A stretch of 64,000 nt of DNA from Bacteroidales bacterium UBA5342 (lineage in GTDB: Bacteria > Bacteroidota > Bacteroidia > Bacteroidales > UBA5342): NCBI GenBank assembly GCA_002408065.1, contig DHQI01000106.1:33990-97989 (forward strand). Direction: 5' to 3'. Position numbers and translations under genes: made by a program. A model generated the notes under the pieces. It was not told where the DNA came from and searched no databases. It was given only the letters and a program-made list of their open reading frames with translations. Positions 1-9,889 of this stretch are shown here, piece by piece (the first letter of the stretch is position 1; each line of letters starts with the position of its first letter).

Positions 1-2
1 TC

Positions 3-782
3 TTGAATTTAGAGGAAAGGAAAAAACATATTAAGTTTGTGCTGTTAACATTCATTCTGTTAGTTGTTAACGGTTATGATATTAATGCACAATATTTATA
101 TGAATTTGGCATTGGTGGAGGTATTTCCGGATATACTGGTGAGTTGAGTAATACACCTTTTACTAGTCCGGGCTATACCTTGGGGGCTTTTTATCGTTCT
201 AATCTGAATTCCAGATTTTCGGTAAGTTTGGGTCTTGATTATGGCAAAGTAAGGGGGCATACTGATAATGTGAACTGTTCTTATCCATTGGCTCAAGATG
301 TTTGTGATTTTGGAATAGAACAGCGCTATGTTAATATGGATGTTCAGCTGGAAGTTAATTTTTTCCCCTATCCTTACAATAAGAGCGTGCTTAATTCCAG
401 TAATATCACCCCTTACTATTTCTTTGGGGTTGGCTTGGTTAATTATAAGCCTTGGCAAGGGGTAAGTAATGATGAGATGAATCCTGGAAGTCAGGAAGCG
501 AATACCGGATCAACTTTGGGAATTCCTTTCGGCGTGGGAATACGCTGGATGTTTAATGAGCAGTTAGGGTTACAACTGAGGTTTAAGGCTGTTAAGCTGT
601 TTACTGATAGTTTTGATAATATATACCTGAATGATCCGTTTGAGTTGGGGGCTAATGGTTTGCAATTGCAGCGTCAGGATTGGGTTTATAACACAACTAT
701 AATGCTGACTTATTCCTTTGGTGAAGACATTTGGGACTGTAACTGTCCCGGAGGATATAAACGCAAAAGTCGAAGAAGGTAG
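3..782 (+). CDS. Outer-membrane beta-barrel protein (DUF6089-like); start at window edge uncertain
   Basis: ORF with N-terminal hydrophobic signal, alternating aromatic/Gly beta-strand pattern, C-terminal aromatic residue region; sits upstream of uppS-bamA as is common in Bacteroidota. Confidence 0.5.
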   Translation: MNLEERKKHIKFVLLTFILLVVNGYDINAQYLYEFGIGGGISGYTGELSNTPFTSPGYTLGAFYRSNLNSRFSVSLGLDYGKVRGHTDNVNCSYPLAQDVCDFGIEQRYVNMDVQLEVNFFPYPYNKSVLNSSNITPYYFFGVGLVNYKPWQGVSNDEMNPGSQEANTGSTLGIPFGVGIRWMFNEQLGLQLRFKAVKLFTDSFDNIYLNDPFELGANGLQLQRQDWVYNTTIMLTYSFGEDIWDCNCPGGYKRKSRRR

Positions 783-889
783 TTGTGGGAAAGGTAATAG
801 ATGAGAGCAATAGCGCTAATAATAGAGAGTTGTAGAAGGTGTGTAAGGGGTTTTGTTATTCGAAATTCGTGATTTGGTAGTTTTGTCGC

Positions 890-1621
890 ATGTCATTAAT
901 AGAAAATTTAAATAAAAGTAACCTTCCGACCCATGTAGCCGTCATAATGGACGGAAATGGACGATGGGCCAAAAAACGTGGCAAGATGAGGCTCTGGGGC
1001 CACCGCAATGGAGTGGAGGCTGTGCGTAGTACTATCGAAGCAGCTGCTGAGTTGCAAATTGGTTATTTGACGCTTTATGCTTTTTCTTCTGAAAATTGGG
1101 ACAGACCTCAGGAAGAGGTGATGGGTTTGATGGATCTCTTGGTGGAAGCCATTGAAAAAGAAACGCCCAAATTGTTGAAAAATAATATTAGGCTACAAGC
1201 CATAGGGGATACGGAACGTTTTTCTGAAAAAGTGAAAAATAAATTGAATAACTGTATCGCAGAAACATCGCAATGTACAGGCCTGACAGTGGTTTTAGCT
1301 CTAAGCTATAGCGGTCAGTGGGACATTTTACAAGCCGTTAATTCTATAGCCCGGCTGAGTAAGCAAGGGGAAATAGAAGAGGTTGATCGTGAGGTTTTTG
1401 AGCAACATTTGTCAACTGCAGGTATGCCATCGCCAGAGTTGATGATCCGCACAAGTGGAGAGTACCGGTTAAGTAATTTTTTATTATGGCAATTGGCTTA
1501 TGCTGAGTTGTATTTTACCGATGTTAATTGGCCGGATTTTAATAAAGAGGAGTTTTATAAAGCATTGAATTATTATCAAAGCAGGGAAAGACGCTTTGGT
1601 AAAACAAGTGAACAGATTTAA
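890..1621 (+). CDS. uppS: Isoprenyl transferase / undecaprenyl-diphosphate synthase
   Basis: HVAVIMDGNGRWAKKRG, ENWDRP, RTSGEYRLSNFLLWQLAYAELYF motifs. Confidence 0.93.
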   Translation: MSLIENLNKSNLPTHVAVIMDGNGRWAKKRGKMRLWGHRNGVEAVRSTIEAAAELQIGYLTLYAFSSENWDRPQEEVMGLMDLLVEAIEKETPKLLKNNIRLQAIGDTERFSEKVKNKLNNCIAETSQCTGLTVVLALSYSGQWDILQAVNSIARLSKQGEIEEVDREVFEQHLSTAGMPSPELMIRTSGEYRLSNFLLWQLAYAELYFTDVNWPDFNKEEFYKALNYYQSRERRFGKTSEQI

Positions 1622-1658
1622 TACACCATAGAGTGGGGGAGATACCCGTGAGCAGAAG

Positions 1659-4289
1659 GTGACCATAAATATGAAGAAAAACATTAGAGTAACATTAATA
1701 TCCTCGCTGATAATAGTACTATCGTCATTTCAGATGAATGCATTTACGCTACCTGTTGATAGTACTGAAGCCCCAGAGATCTATTATTCATCCCCACAAA
1801 AGTATACCATTGCTGATATTACGGTTACTGGGATTAAACATTATGAAGCCAGCCTTCTTGTTAATATCTCAGGTTTGCAGGTAGGGCAGGAAATCACCAT
1901 ACCCGGTGATGATATAACCAATGCTATTAAGAAGTTTTGGCGTCATGGCTTGTTTTCGGATGTCACTATTTCGGCCACTAAAAAAACAGGCTCTAAGATT
2001 TGGCTGAACATCCACCTGACTGAACGTCCCCGTTTGAGTTTGATCAATTACCATGGCCTCAAAAAGAGTGAGCGTGAGGATATTGAAGGAACTGTAGGTA
2101 TGATTAAAGGCTCGCAAGTAACGCCTAACTTAATTAATAGAACCGAGCAAATCATTACAGCGCATTTTGTAGAAAAAGGTTTTCACAATGTAGAAGTCAA
2201 TATCGTACAGCGTGATGATAATGCTAACGAAAATCAGCTGATTATTGATATTTATGTGGATAAAAAAGAAAAAGTCAAGGTGCAGAACCTTTACATTGCC
2301 GGTAATCAAGTGATGAGTTATAACAAGATTAACCGGGCAATGAAAAAGACCAATGGCAAAAAGATTGTAAACTTTTTTAGGACCAAAAAATTTATTGATG
2401 AGGAGTTTAAGAATGATAAAACGACGCTGATAGATAAATATAACGAAAAAGGTTATCGTGATGCTATTATAGTTTCTGATAGTGTAGTGCCGGGTGAAAT
2501 GGAGAATACGGTGGATGTTTACCTGTCTATAGAAGAAGGACGTAAGTATTATTTTGGAGACTTTAAATGGGTCGGTAATACCAAATACCCGAGCGAAATG
2601 TTGGAGCATCAAATGCGTATTGAATCAGGTGATGTTTACAATCAGAAATTGCTGACTGAGCGATTGGAAACAGACGAAGACGCGGTAGGAAGTATTTACA
2701 GTGATAATGGTTATTTGTTTTATAATCTGACGCCTGTAGAGGTGGCTATTGTGCAAGATTCCGTTATTAATCTTGAAATGCGTATTCAGGAAGGGCCACA
2801 AGCTACACTGAATAACATTTTTATACGTGGCAATACCAAGACAAATGAGCAGGTAGCACGACGTGAATTGCGTGTGAAACCGGGTCAGCTTTTTAGTAAA
2901 AGTGCCTTGATGAGATCGGTACGTGAGCTATCGCAGTTGGGGCATTTTGATCCTGAAACCTTAGGGAGTAACCTCGAAGTGTTACCCAATGCCGAGGATG
3001 CTACGGTGGATTTGGTGTTTAATGTGGACGAAAAAGCCAATGACCAGATTGAGCTTTCCGGCGGTTGGGGAGCTGGTATGTTTGTAGGTACCTTAGGGCT
3101 TTCGTTCAATAACTTCTCCATTCAAAACTTCTTTGATAAGGAATCTTGGAAACCATTGCCATCCGGTGATGGACAAACGCTTTCGTTACGTGCTCAAACC
3201 AACGGAAAATATTATCAGAATTACAGTATATCATTTCGTGAACCGTGGTTGGGGGGCAAGCGTCCTAACTCATTGTCTGTTTCTGCATATCGTTCTATTC
3301 AGACTGGGGTGAGTAATAATTATGGTTATTACGGCGGTTATGGTTACGGTAGCGGTTATGGTAGTAGCTATGGTTATGGTAATTCGTATTACCCTCAATA
3401 CGATGATAGTAAACACTTGAATGTGACAGGAGTGTCTATTGGTTTAGGTAAACGTCTCTCTTGGCCCGATGACTATTTTATGCTTTACGAAGAATTGTCG
3501 TATCAACACTATGATATCTTAAACTGGTATTTCCTCGGTTTTGAAACCGGAAAGTCAAATATCCTTTCATTGACTTCTACGCTTACCCGTAGTTCTATAG
3601 ATAACCCCATATACACACGTCGGGGCTCTACTTTCTCGGTTTCTTTGCAATTGACTCCACCCTATTCCAAGTTTAATGATGTGGATTATGCTGATAGTAG
3701 AACCACTGATGCTGAACGTTATAAATTTATTGAATATCATAAGTGGAAATTTAAAGCACAATCTTTTACGCCACTTTCTAATGATGCCAAATTGGTGTTG
3801 ATGTCGCGTGCCGAATATGGATTTTTGGGCTACTATAGTAAGGATGCCCGTTCTCCTTTTGAACGATTTAATCTGGGGGGAGACGGACTTTCCGGTTATA
3901 ACCTGTATGGTAGCGAGACGGTAGGTCTGCGTGGATATGAAAACGGTTCTTTGACTTATTACGATTATAATAGTGAATCCGGATCTTGGGATAGCCAAGG
4001 TAACATTTATACCCGTCTTACAATGGAGTTGCGTTATCCGCTAATGCTGGAACCATCCTCTACTATTTATGCTTTAGGTTTTGTAGAAGCAGGGCGTTCT
4101 TGGGGGGATTTCCGTGACTTTAACCCGTTTGAGTTGAAGCGTTCGGCCGGTGCCGGTGTGCGTATCTTCCTGCCTATGTTTGGTATGATGGGAATCGACT
4201 GGGCTTATGGTTTCGATCCTGCAGAACCACGTGCCGGTTCTGGTGCTAATGGTAGTCAGTTCCATTTTATTATCGGACAGCAGTTTTAA
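1659..4289 (+). CDS. bamA: Outer membrane protein assembly factor BamA (likely true start ATG 1671)
   Basis: 876 aa, signal peptide, POTRA-like repeats, C-terminal barrel ending ...FHFIIGQQF; conserved uppS-bamA-ompH context. Confidence 0.92.
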   Translation: MTINMKKNIRVTLISSLIIVLSSFQMNAFTLPVDSTEAPEIYYSSPQKYTIADITVTGIKHYEASLLVNISGLQVGQEITIPGDDITNAIKKFWRHGLFSDVTISATKKTGSKIWLNIHLTERPRLSLINYHGLKKSEREDIEGTVGMIKGSQVTPNLINRTEQIITAHFVEKGFHNVEVNIVQRDDNANENQLIIDIYVDKKEKVKVQNLYIAGNQVMSYNKINRAMKKTNGKKIVNFFRTKKFIDEEFKNDKTTLIDKYNEKGYRDAIIVSDSVVPGEMENTVDVYLSIEEGRKYYFGDFKWVGNTKYPSEMLEHQMRIESGDVYNQKLLTERLETDEDAVGSIYSDNGYLFYNLTPVEVAIVQDSVINLEMRIQEGPQATLNNIFIRGNTKTNEQVARRELRVKPGQLFSKSALMRSVRELSQLGHFDPETLGSNLEVLPNAEDATVDLVFNVDEKANDQIELSGGWGAGMFVGTLGLSFNNFSIQNFFDKESWKPLPSGDGQTLSLRAQTNGKYYQNYSISFREPWLGGKRPNSLSVSAYRSIQTGVSNNYGYYGGYGYGSGYGSSYGYGNSYYPQYDDSKHLNVTGVSIGLGKRLSWPDDYFMLYEELSYQHYDILNWYFLGFETGKSNILSLTSTLTRSSIDNPIYTRRGSTFSVSLQLTPPYSKFNDVDYADSRTTDAERYKFIEYHKWKFKAQSFTPLSNDAKLVLMSRAEYGFLGYYSKDARSPFERFNLGGDGLSGYNLYGSETVGLRGYENGSLTYYDYNSESGSWDSQGNIYTRLTMELRYPLMLEPSSTIYALGFVEAGRSWGDFRDFNPFELKRSAGAGVRIFLPMFGMMGIDWAYGFDPAEPRAGSGANGSQFHFIIGQQF

Positions 4290-4417
4290 TGATTCAATGG
4301 TTCAATGGTTGAATCTATATGATTTATCAAATTTTGAGTGTTAATATATTATTTAGGCAAGGAATTTGTATTTCAAGATAGTCAATTAAAAAACATCATA
4401 TTACCAATCAAAATACT

Positions 4418-4933
4418 ATGATTATGAAAAAGACACTTTTAATGGCATTATTGTTAGTTTCGACTTTGATGTCAGCTCAGAAATTCGCTTTTGTAGATAC
4501 AGAATATGTTTTAGGTAAAGTACCTGCCTATGAGTCTGCCCAAGATCAGTTGGATCAAGTGTCACAACGGTGGCAGCAAGAAGTTGATGCTTTGATGGAA
4601 GAGGTGAAAACCTTGTACAAAAATTATCAGAACGATTTGGTGTTTCTATCTGATGAAATGAAGGTAAAACGTGAGAATGCCATTGTTGCAAAGGAAAGTG
4701 AAGCGACAGAATTGCGTAAAAAGTATTTTGGACCGGAAGGTGAATTGTATAAAAAGCGTGAAAGTCTTATAAAACCTATACAGGACGAGGTTTATAATGC
4801 TGTGAAAGAGGTGGCTCAGGATGGTGGTTATGCCGTTATATACGATAAATCATCAGCTATGAGCGTGGTATACGCAGCTCCAGCACTTGACGTTAGTGAA
4901 CAGGTCGTGGAGAAATTAGGCTATGTTGAATAA
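4418..4933 (+). CDS. OmpH/Skp family periplasmic chaperone
   Basis: 171 aa, signal peptide, coiled-coil rich, FAFVDTEYVL start typical of OmpH; downstream of bamA. Confidence 0.85.
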   Translation: MIMKKTLLMALLLVSTLMSAQKFAFVDTEYVLGKVPAYESAQDQLDQVSQRWQQEVDALMEEVKTLYKNYQNDLVFLSDEMKVKRENAIVAKESEATELRKKYFGPEGELYKKRESLIKPIQDEVYNAVKEVAQDGGYAVIYDKSSAMSVVYAAPALDVSEQVVEKLGYVE

Positions 4934-4970
4934 GTGAAAATGAATTTTGAATCTTGGATTCTAACTATTG

Positions 4971-5001
4971 AAAGCCGGTGCTAAAAAGTGTCGGCTTTTT
5001 T
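4971..5001 (+). terminator. Putative intrinsic terminator after ompH
   Basis: AAAGCCG ... CGGCTTT stem followed by T-run; overlaps the upstream TTG-extended part of the cobQ ORF, arguing for the internal ATG start. Confidence 0.5.
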
Positions 5002-5012
5002 CTTACCTTATC

Positions 5013-6497
5013 ATGATGAAAAGAATAAACCCTATCATGTTTGTCGGCACAGGCTCTGATGTAGGGAAAAGTGTGATAGCTGCAGCCTTTGGACGTATTT
5101 TGAAACAAGATGGCTACTCACCAGCTCCTTTTAAAGCACAGAATATGGCTCTTAACAGCTACGTGACAGCTGATGGAGGAGAAATGGGCAGAGCTCAGGT
5201 GGTGCAGGCTGAGGCTTGCGGTGTATCCTGCCATACGGATATGAACCCGGTCTTGCTAAAACCCAATACAGACAAAACAGCGCAAGTTATTCTAAATGGA
5301 AAACCCATTGGTAACTATTCTGCCGATCGATATTTCAAGGGCGAAGGTAAAGCGCTGTTATTTCCAGAAGTCCTGAAAGCTTTTGACCGTTTGGCAGAAT
5401 GTTATAGCCCTATTGTTGTGGAAGGCGCAGGTAGCATTTCGGAGCTTAATCTAAAAGACAACGACATTGTTAATATGCCGATAGCTGTGGCTAAGAATGC
5501 CTCTGCTTTTTTAGTCGCAGATATTGATAAAGGAGGCGTATTTGCTAGTGTTTACGGTACAATTGCCTTGCTGGATGAAGAAGAGAAAAGTCAAATAAAA
5601 GGCATTATCATTAATAAATTTAGAGGTGATATTTCATTATTTACCGAAGGGAAAACGATTATTGAAAATTTAACCGGAGTTCCGGTGCTTGGTGTTATTC
5701 CAGCTTTTCAGGATATTTATATCGAAGAAGAAGATAATATTGCTAAATCCATTCAACACCAGAAAATAGCTCTGAAAGGGAAAGTAAACATTGCTGTGGT
5801 ATTGCTCCGTCGGATGTCCAACTTTACCGATTTCAATCGCTTAGAGCATGATGGTCGTGTTAACCTTTTTTATAGCCATAATGCGGAGGAAATAGCCGGA
5901 GCGGATATTATTATTATACCCGGCACCAAAAGTACGATTAGTGACTTGTTGGAATTGAGAAGAAACGGCATAGCTTCTGAGATAAAAGACCAAGCAAAGG
6001 CAGGAAAAATGGTTATAGGTATTTGTGGTGGCTACCAGATGATGGGCGAAATGTTATGTGATCCGCACCAAGTCGAAGGTCAGGTAGAAGAGTTGCCGGG
6101 ATTGGGTATATTACCGATGAAAACAATCGTAGAGGAAGAAAAATATACGGCGCAAACAAGCTTTAATTATAAAGGATTAGGCATGTGCAAAGGTTATGAA
6201 ATTCATATGGGAAAACCTGAATTTACCGCTGCTATAAATCCGTTAAATCAAATTGAAACTGGGGATAACGAAGGGGTTTGGTTTTCCGAAAAATGCTGGG
6301 GGAGTTATATGCATGGTATTTTTGATAATGACGTGGTTATTGACGACTTACTTTCTGGTTTTGATGTTGAGAAACGACTTTCTATGGATTACGATGCCTT
6401 CAAAGAGAAACAATACAATAAGCTGGCCGCACACGTGAGGGAGAGTGTGGATATGGATTTGTTTTATGAGTTGGTAGCGCCAACAGTGTCGCTATAA
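5013..6497 (+). CDS. cobQ: Cobyric acid synthase (start taken at MMKRINPIMF, not the TTG at 4968)
   Basis: MFVGTGSDVGKS P-loop, KAQNMALNSYV, MNPVLLKP, C-terminal GATase-1 domain (ICGGYQMMG, HG). Confidence 0.9.
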   Translation: MMKRINPIMFVGTGSDVGKSVIAAAFGRILKQDGYSPAPFKAQNMALNSYVTADGGEMGRAQVVQAEACGVSCHTDMNPVLLKPNTDKTAQVILNGKPIGNYSADRYFKGEGKALLFPEVLKAFDRLAECYSPIVVEGAGSISELNLKDNDIVNMPIAVAKNASAFLVADIDKGGVFASVYGTIALLDEEEKSQIKGIIINKFRGDISLFTEGKTIIENLTGVPVLGVIPAFQDIYIEEEDNIAKSIQHQKIALKGKVNIAVVLLRRMSNFTDFNRLEHDGRVNLFYSHNAEEIAGADIIIIPGTKSTISDLLELRRNGIASEIKDQAKAGKMVIGICGGYQMMGEMLCDPHQVEGQVEELPGLGILPMKTIVEEEKYTAQTSFNYKGLGMCKGYEIHMGKPEFTAAINPLNQIETGDNEGVWFSEKCWGSYMHGIFDNDVVIDDLLSGFDVEKRLSMDYDAFKEKQYNKLAAHVRESVDMDLFYELVAPTVSL

Positions 6498-6523
6498 GAC
6501 GAAAAAAATAGCGACGCTGTTGA
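6483..6523. repeat. REP-like hairpin (CAACAGTGTCGCTAT / ATAGCGACGCTGTTG)
   Basis: 15-nt inverted pair with 1 mismatch, overlapping cobQ stop, immediately next to 3' end of RAYT gene; same word recurs at 7198-7267. Confidence 0.8.
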
Positions 6524-6535
6524 TTATTAGGCGAA

Positions 6536-7144
6536 CTATATAATAAGATATTGTTTTGCGACCTCTTTATTTACCAGAGTTCCATGTCTCAATCCTGCAT
6601 AGTCTTTTGCTGAAGAATAGGGCCAATCAGTACATTTATTAACTAAACCTGCCTTAACCGGGTTATTGTGAATGTACTTAAAGCAGGTTTGCGGATATTG
6701 TTTTTTTTGAATTTCAGGATAGGAAACGGTGCCAAACAATGTGTTATAATAAGATGGACTAATGTCTTCAGATGTCGTTAGGCATATTGCTTTAGTCCTT
6801 TCCCGGATTAGTTTGCCGCTCCTATCTTCCTGTTTGTTGATAGCATTTGTATATGAGCGCAGCATTATACCTATCGAATCATTAAGATTTCTTTGTTTGT
6901 TACCTGTATTTCTTGCCTTATTGTTCTTGTTAAGGTAAGCGGTAGAATGTGAAAGATGATTTACCTTAAGCATAAGGTGAAAATGGTTAGGCATCAGACA
7001 GTAGGCTATAATATCAGCGAAAGGTATAATATATTGTCTTATTTTTTTTAGAAAAAAGAGATAATTGGCATTGGTGAAGAATGTTTTTTCGTGATTATTC
7101 CCTTGATTGTATACGTGGTAGAGGTGGCCTGTTTCGAATTTCAT
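6536..7144 (-). CDS. REP-associated tyrosine transposase (RAYT; IS200/Y1 HUH superfamily, single domain)
   Basis: YCLMPNHFHLML (HUH motif), FKYIHNNPVKAGLV (catalytic Tyr helix), 202 aa; flanked by cognate palindromic repeats. Confidence 0.85.
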   Translation of the reverse strand: MKFETGHLYHVYNQGNNHEKTFFTNANYLFFLKKIRQYIIPFADIIAYCLMPNHFHLMLKVNHLSHSTAYLNKNNKARNTGNKQRNLNDSIGIMLRSYTNAINKQEDRSGKLIRERTKAICLTTSEDISPSYYNTLFGTVSYPEIQKKQYPQTCFKYIHNNPVKAGLVNKCTDWPYSSAKDYAGLRHGTLVNKEVAKQYLII

Positions 7145-7197
7145 AGAACAAAGTTGAATAAAATGAAGCTAAATGTCAAATGTAAGTGTCAATTTTT

Positions 7198-7267
7198 CAA
7201 CAGTGTCGATATTACCGACGATACCAACAGTGTCGATATTTATGTCGTCTAATATCGACACTGTTGG
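7198..7267. repeat. REP-like cluster: CAACAGTGTCGATATT x2 direct (7198-7213, 7225-7240) + inverted copy (7251-7267)
   Basis: Read directly; copies 2 and 3 form a 17-bp perfect hairpin; word is the same as at 6483-6523. Confidence 0.85.
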
Positions 7268-7321
7268 TAATCGTCATCTCCCATCTTTTTCGTACATTTG
7301 CGCTTCGAAAAAAAATGAACA

Positions 7322-8275
7322 ATGACAAGAGTAATAGACCACATAAAAAACGCTAAATCACCTATCTTCTCGTTTGAAATTCTACCTCCGCTACGTGGTA
7401 ACGGAATGGATACGGTAATGAAGAATATTGAGACTTTGCGTGAGTTTGATCCTAAGTATATTAATATTACCACTCACCGTAGTGAGTACGAATACAAAAC
7501 CACTCGGGAGGGCTTATATGAAAAAGTGGCGATTCGTAAACGCCCCGGAACTATTGCTGTGGCAGCTGCGGTGAAGTCGACTTTCAATATATCGGTAGTG
7601 CCGCATATGTTGTGTAGTGGTTTTAGCAAGGACGAAACGGAGTACGCCTTGATGGATCTTAACTATTTGGGCATTTATGATCTCCTGTTATTACGTGGCG
7701 ATAAAGCTAAGCACGAGGCTAGTTTTATTCCGGACCCTGCGGGGCATAGTCATGCTACTGAGCTGCAAGCGCAGGTGAATGATTGGAACAAAGGACAACT
7801 GCTTGATGGTGCGTCGATGAAAATCAATCAGCCTTTTTCTTATGCTGTAGCAGGGTATCCAGAGAAGCACGAAGAGGCGCCTAACATGGCTTCTGATCTG
7901 AAATATTTGAAGCAAAAAGTAGATAACGGTGCAGAATACGTCATCACTCAGATGTTTTTTGATAATCAGAAATACTATGATTTTGTCAATTTATGTCGTG
8001 AGAATGATATTAATGTACCTATTATTCCGGGAATTAAACCCATTACTCTGATGAATCAGATGACCGTTTTGCCTAAAATATTTAGTACCGTACTGCCCGA
8101 AGATCTTGTTTCGGCTTTGAGTAAATGTACCGATAATGATCAAGCCAAACAGGTGGGCGTTGAATGGTGTACTATGCAGGCTAAAGATTTAGCGGCGCAT
8201 GGTGTGCCTAATATTCACCTTTACAGTATGATGGCCACTAAGAGTTGTGCTGCTGTAGCTAAAGAGGTGTTTTAA
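7322..8275 (+). CDS. metF: Methylenetetrahydrofolate reductase
   Basis: FSFEILPP, TTHRSEY, VVPHMLC, AGYPEKHEEA, ITQMFFD motifs; 317 aa. Confidence 0.9.
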   Translation: MTRVIDHIKNAKSPIFSFEILPPLRGNGMDTVMKNIETLREFDPKYINITTHRSEYEYKTTREGLYEKVAIRKRPGTIAVAAAVKSTFNISVVPHMLCSGFSKDETEYALMDLNYLGIYDLLLLRGDKAKHEASFIPDPAGHSHATELQAQVNDWNKGQLLDGASMKINQPFSYAVAGYPEKHEEAPNMASDLKYLKQKVDNGAEYVITQMFFDNQKYYDFVNLCRENDINVPIIPGIKPITLMNQMTVLPKIFSTVLPEDLVSALSKCTDNDQAKQVGVEWCTMQAKDLAAHGVPNIHLYSMMATKSCAAVAKEVF

Positions 8276-8371
8276 AATTACGAATTACGAATTTCAAATT
8301 ACAAATTACGAATTTCAAATTGGAGCAGTGAGTTTCCAATTTCCAATTACAAATTTCCAATTTCAAATATA
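8276..8371. repeat. AT-rich intergenic stutter repeat (AATTACGAATTTCAAATT x2, TTTCCAATTTC words)
   Basis: Read directly; ends with 17-mer TTTCCAATTTCAAATAT (8354-8370) 1 nt before proS ATG. Confidence 0.8.
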
Positions 8372-9844
8372 ATGGCAAAGATAACTTCACGTGAAAAAGA
8401 TTATTCACAGTGGTATGTGGATTTAGTGAAAGAAGCAGGTTTGGCTGAGAACTCAGCGGTACGTGGTTGTATGGTAATTAAGCCCTACGGTTATGCAATC
8501 TGGGAAAAAATGCAGGCTCAGTTGGATAAGATGTTCAAAGAGACAGGTCATGAAAATGCTTATTTTCCACTGTTTATTCCTAAATCTTATTTGAGTAAAG
8601 AAGCTGACCACGTAGAAGGTTTTGCAAAAGAATGTGCTGTGGTAACCCACTACCGTTTGAAAAATGATCCTGACGGGAAAGGTGTGGTGGTGGATCCTGA
8701 TGCGCGTTTGGAAGAGGAGTTGATTGTACGTCCTACTTCTGAGACCATTATCTGGAATACCTACAAAGGCTGGATTCAGTCTTACCGTGACTTGCCGATC
8801 AAGTGTAACCAATGGGCTAATGTGGTGCGTTGGGAAATGCGTACGCGTCTTTTCTTACGTACAGCGGAATTCTTGTGGCAGGAGGGGCATACAGCACATG
8901 CTACTAAGCAAGAAGCTATCGACGAAACGGTACAGATGATTAACGTTTACGGCGAATTTGCCGAAAAATATATGGCCGTTCCGGTAGTGAAAGGGGTGAA
9001 AAGTGCCAGCGAACGTTTTGCCGGTGCATTGGATACTTACACCATAGAGGCCTTGATGCAGGATGGAAAAGCATTGCAGAGTGGTACCTCTCACTTTTTA
9101 GGTCAGAACTTTGCCAAAGCTTTCGATGTGCAATTTGCCAATAAAGAAGGTAAATTGGATTATGTTTGGGCTTCGTCTTGGGGTGTTTCTACCCGCTTAA
9201 TGGGGGCGCTTATAATGGCTCACTCTGACGACCACGGTTTGGTATTACCTCCTAAATTGGCGCCTTACCAAGTGGTGATTGTGCCTATTTACCGCAACGA
9301 AGAGCAGTTAGCTGCTGTACGCGAAAAGGTGGACGTTATTATGGAAAAATTGCGTGCTAAAGGTATTTCTGTTCGTTTTGATGATAGTGATGCAAAAAAG
9401 CCGGGATGGAAATTTGCTGAATATGAATTGAAAGGGGTACCTGTTCGCTTGGGAATGGGACCACGCGATTGTGAAAATGGAACCGTAGAAGTGGCACGTC
9501 GCGATACCTTAACCAAAGAGGTGGTTGAGCTTGACGGTGTCGATGCTTATATCGAGGACTTGTTGGAAAAGATTCAGGACAACATCTTCCAGAAAGCATT
9601 AGATTTCCGTGCTGAGAAAACGACTGAGGTGAACTCTTGGGAGGAATTCAAAACCGTGCTTGAAGAAAAAGGTGGTTTCCTTTCAGCGCACTGGGATGGC
9701 ACCGAAGAGACCGAAGAAGCCATTAAGAATGAAACAAAAGCCACGGTTCGTTGTATTCCATTAGATGCAAAAGAAGAAGAAGGTGTTTGTGTCTATTCAG
9801 GCAAACCATCTACTAAACGCGTGCTTTTTGCCAAAGCGTATTAA
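8372..9844 (+). CDS. proS: Proline--tRNA ligase (archaeal/eukaryote-like type)
   Basis: 490 aa class II aaRS; [35 protein letters not shown] motifs. Confidence 0.95.
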   Translation: MAKITSREKDYSQWYVDLVKEAGLAENSAVRGCMVIKPYGYAIWEKMQAQLDKMFKETGHENAYFPLFIPKSYLSKEADHVEGFAKECAVVTHYRLKNDPDGKGVVVDPDARLEEELIVRPTSETIIWNTYKGWIQSYRDLPIKCNQWANVVRWEMRTRLFLRTAEFLWQEGHTAHATKQEAIDETVQMINVYGEFAEKYMAVPVVKGVKSASERFAGALDTYTIEALMQDGKALQSGTSHFLGQNFAKAFDVQFANKEGKLDYVWASSWGVSTRLMGALIMAHSDDHGLVLPPKLAPYQVVIVPIYRNEEQLAAVREKVDVIMEKLRAKGISVRFDDSDAKKPGWKFAEYELKGVPVRLGMGPRDCENGTVEVARRDTLTKEVVELDGVDAYIEDLLEKIQDNIFQKALDFRAEKTTEVNSWEEFKTVLEEKGGFLSAHWDGTEETEEAIKNETKATVRCIPLDAKEEEGVCVYSGKPSTKRVLFAKAY

Positions 9845-9889
9845 TTCATAATATTGGAATTCAAAATTCCGGATTGTTATTTATAGAAT

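Noticed and set aside
4968-5012. Upstream TTG-initiated extension of cobQ (MKAGAKKCRLFSYLI...)
   Set aside because: It overlaps the terminator-like hairpin after ompH. The conserved CobQ N-terminus begins at MMKRINPIMFVGTGS.
6536-7144. A classical IS200/IS605 insertion sequence
   Set aside because: There is no TnpB partner and no IS200-type subterminal ends. The gene is instead flanked by short palindromic repeats, which fits a domesticated RAYT better.
7145-7321. Possible riboswitch (SAM or B12) upstream of metF
   Set aside because: The region is fully accounted for by the REP-like repeats, and I could not recognise conserved riboswitch cores. A covariance-model scan would be needed to exclude one.
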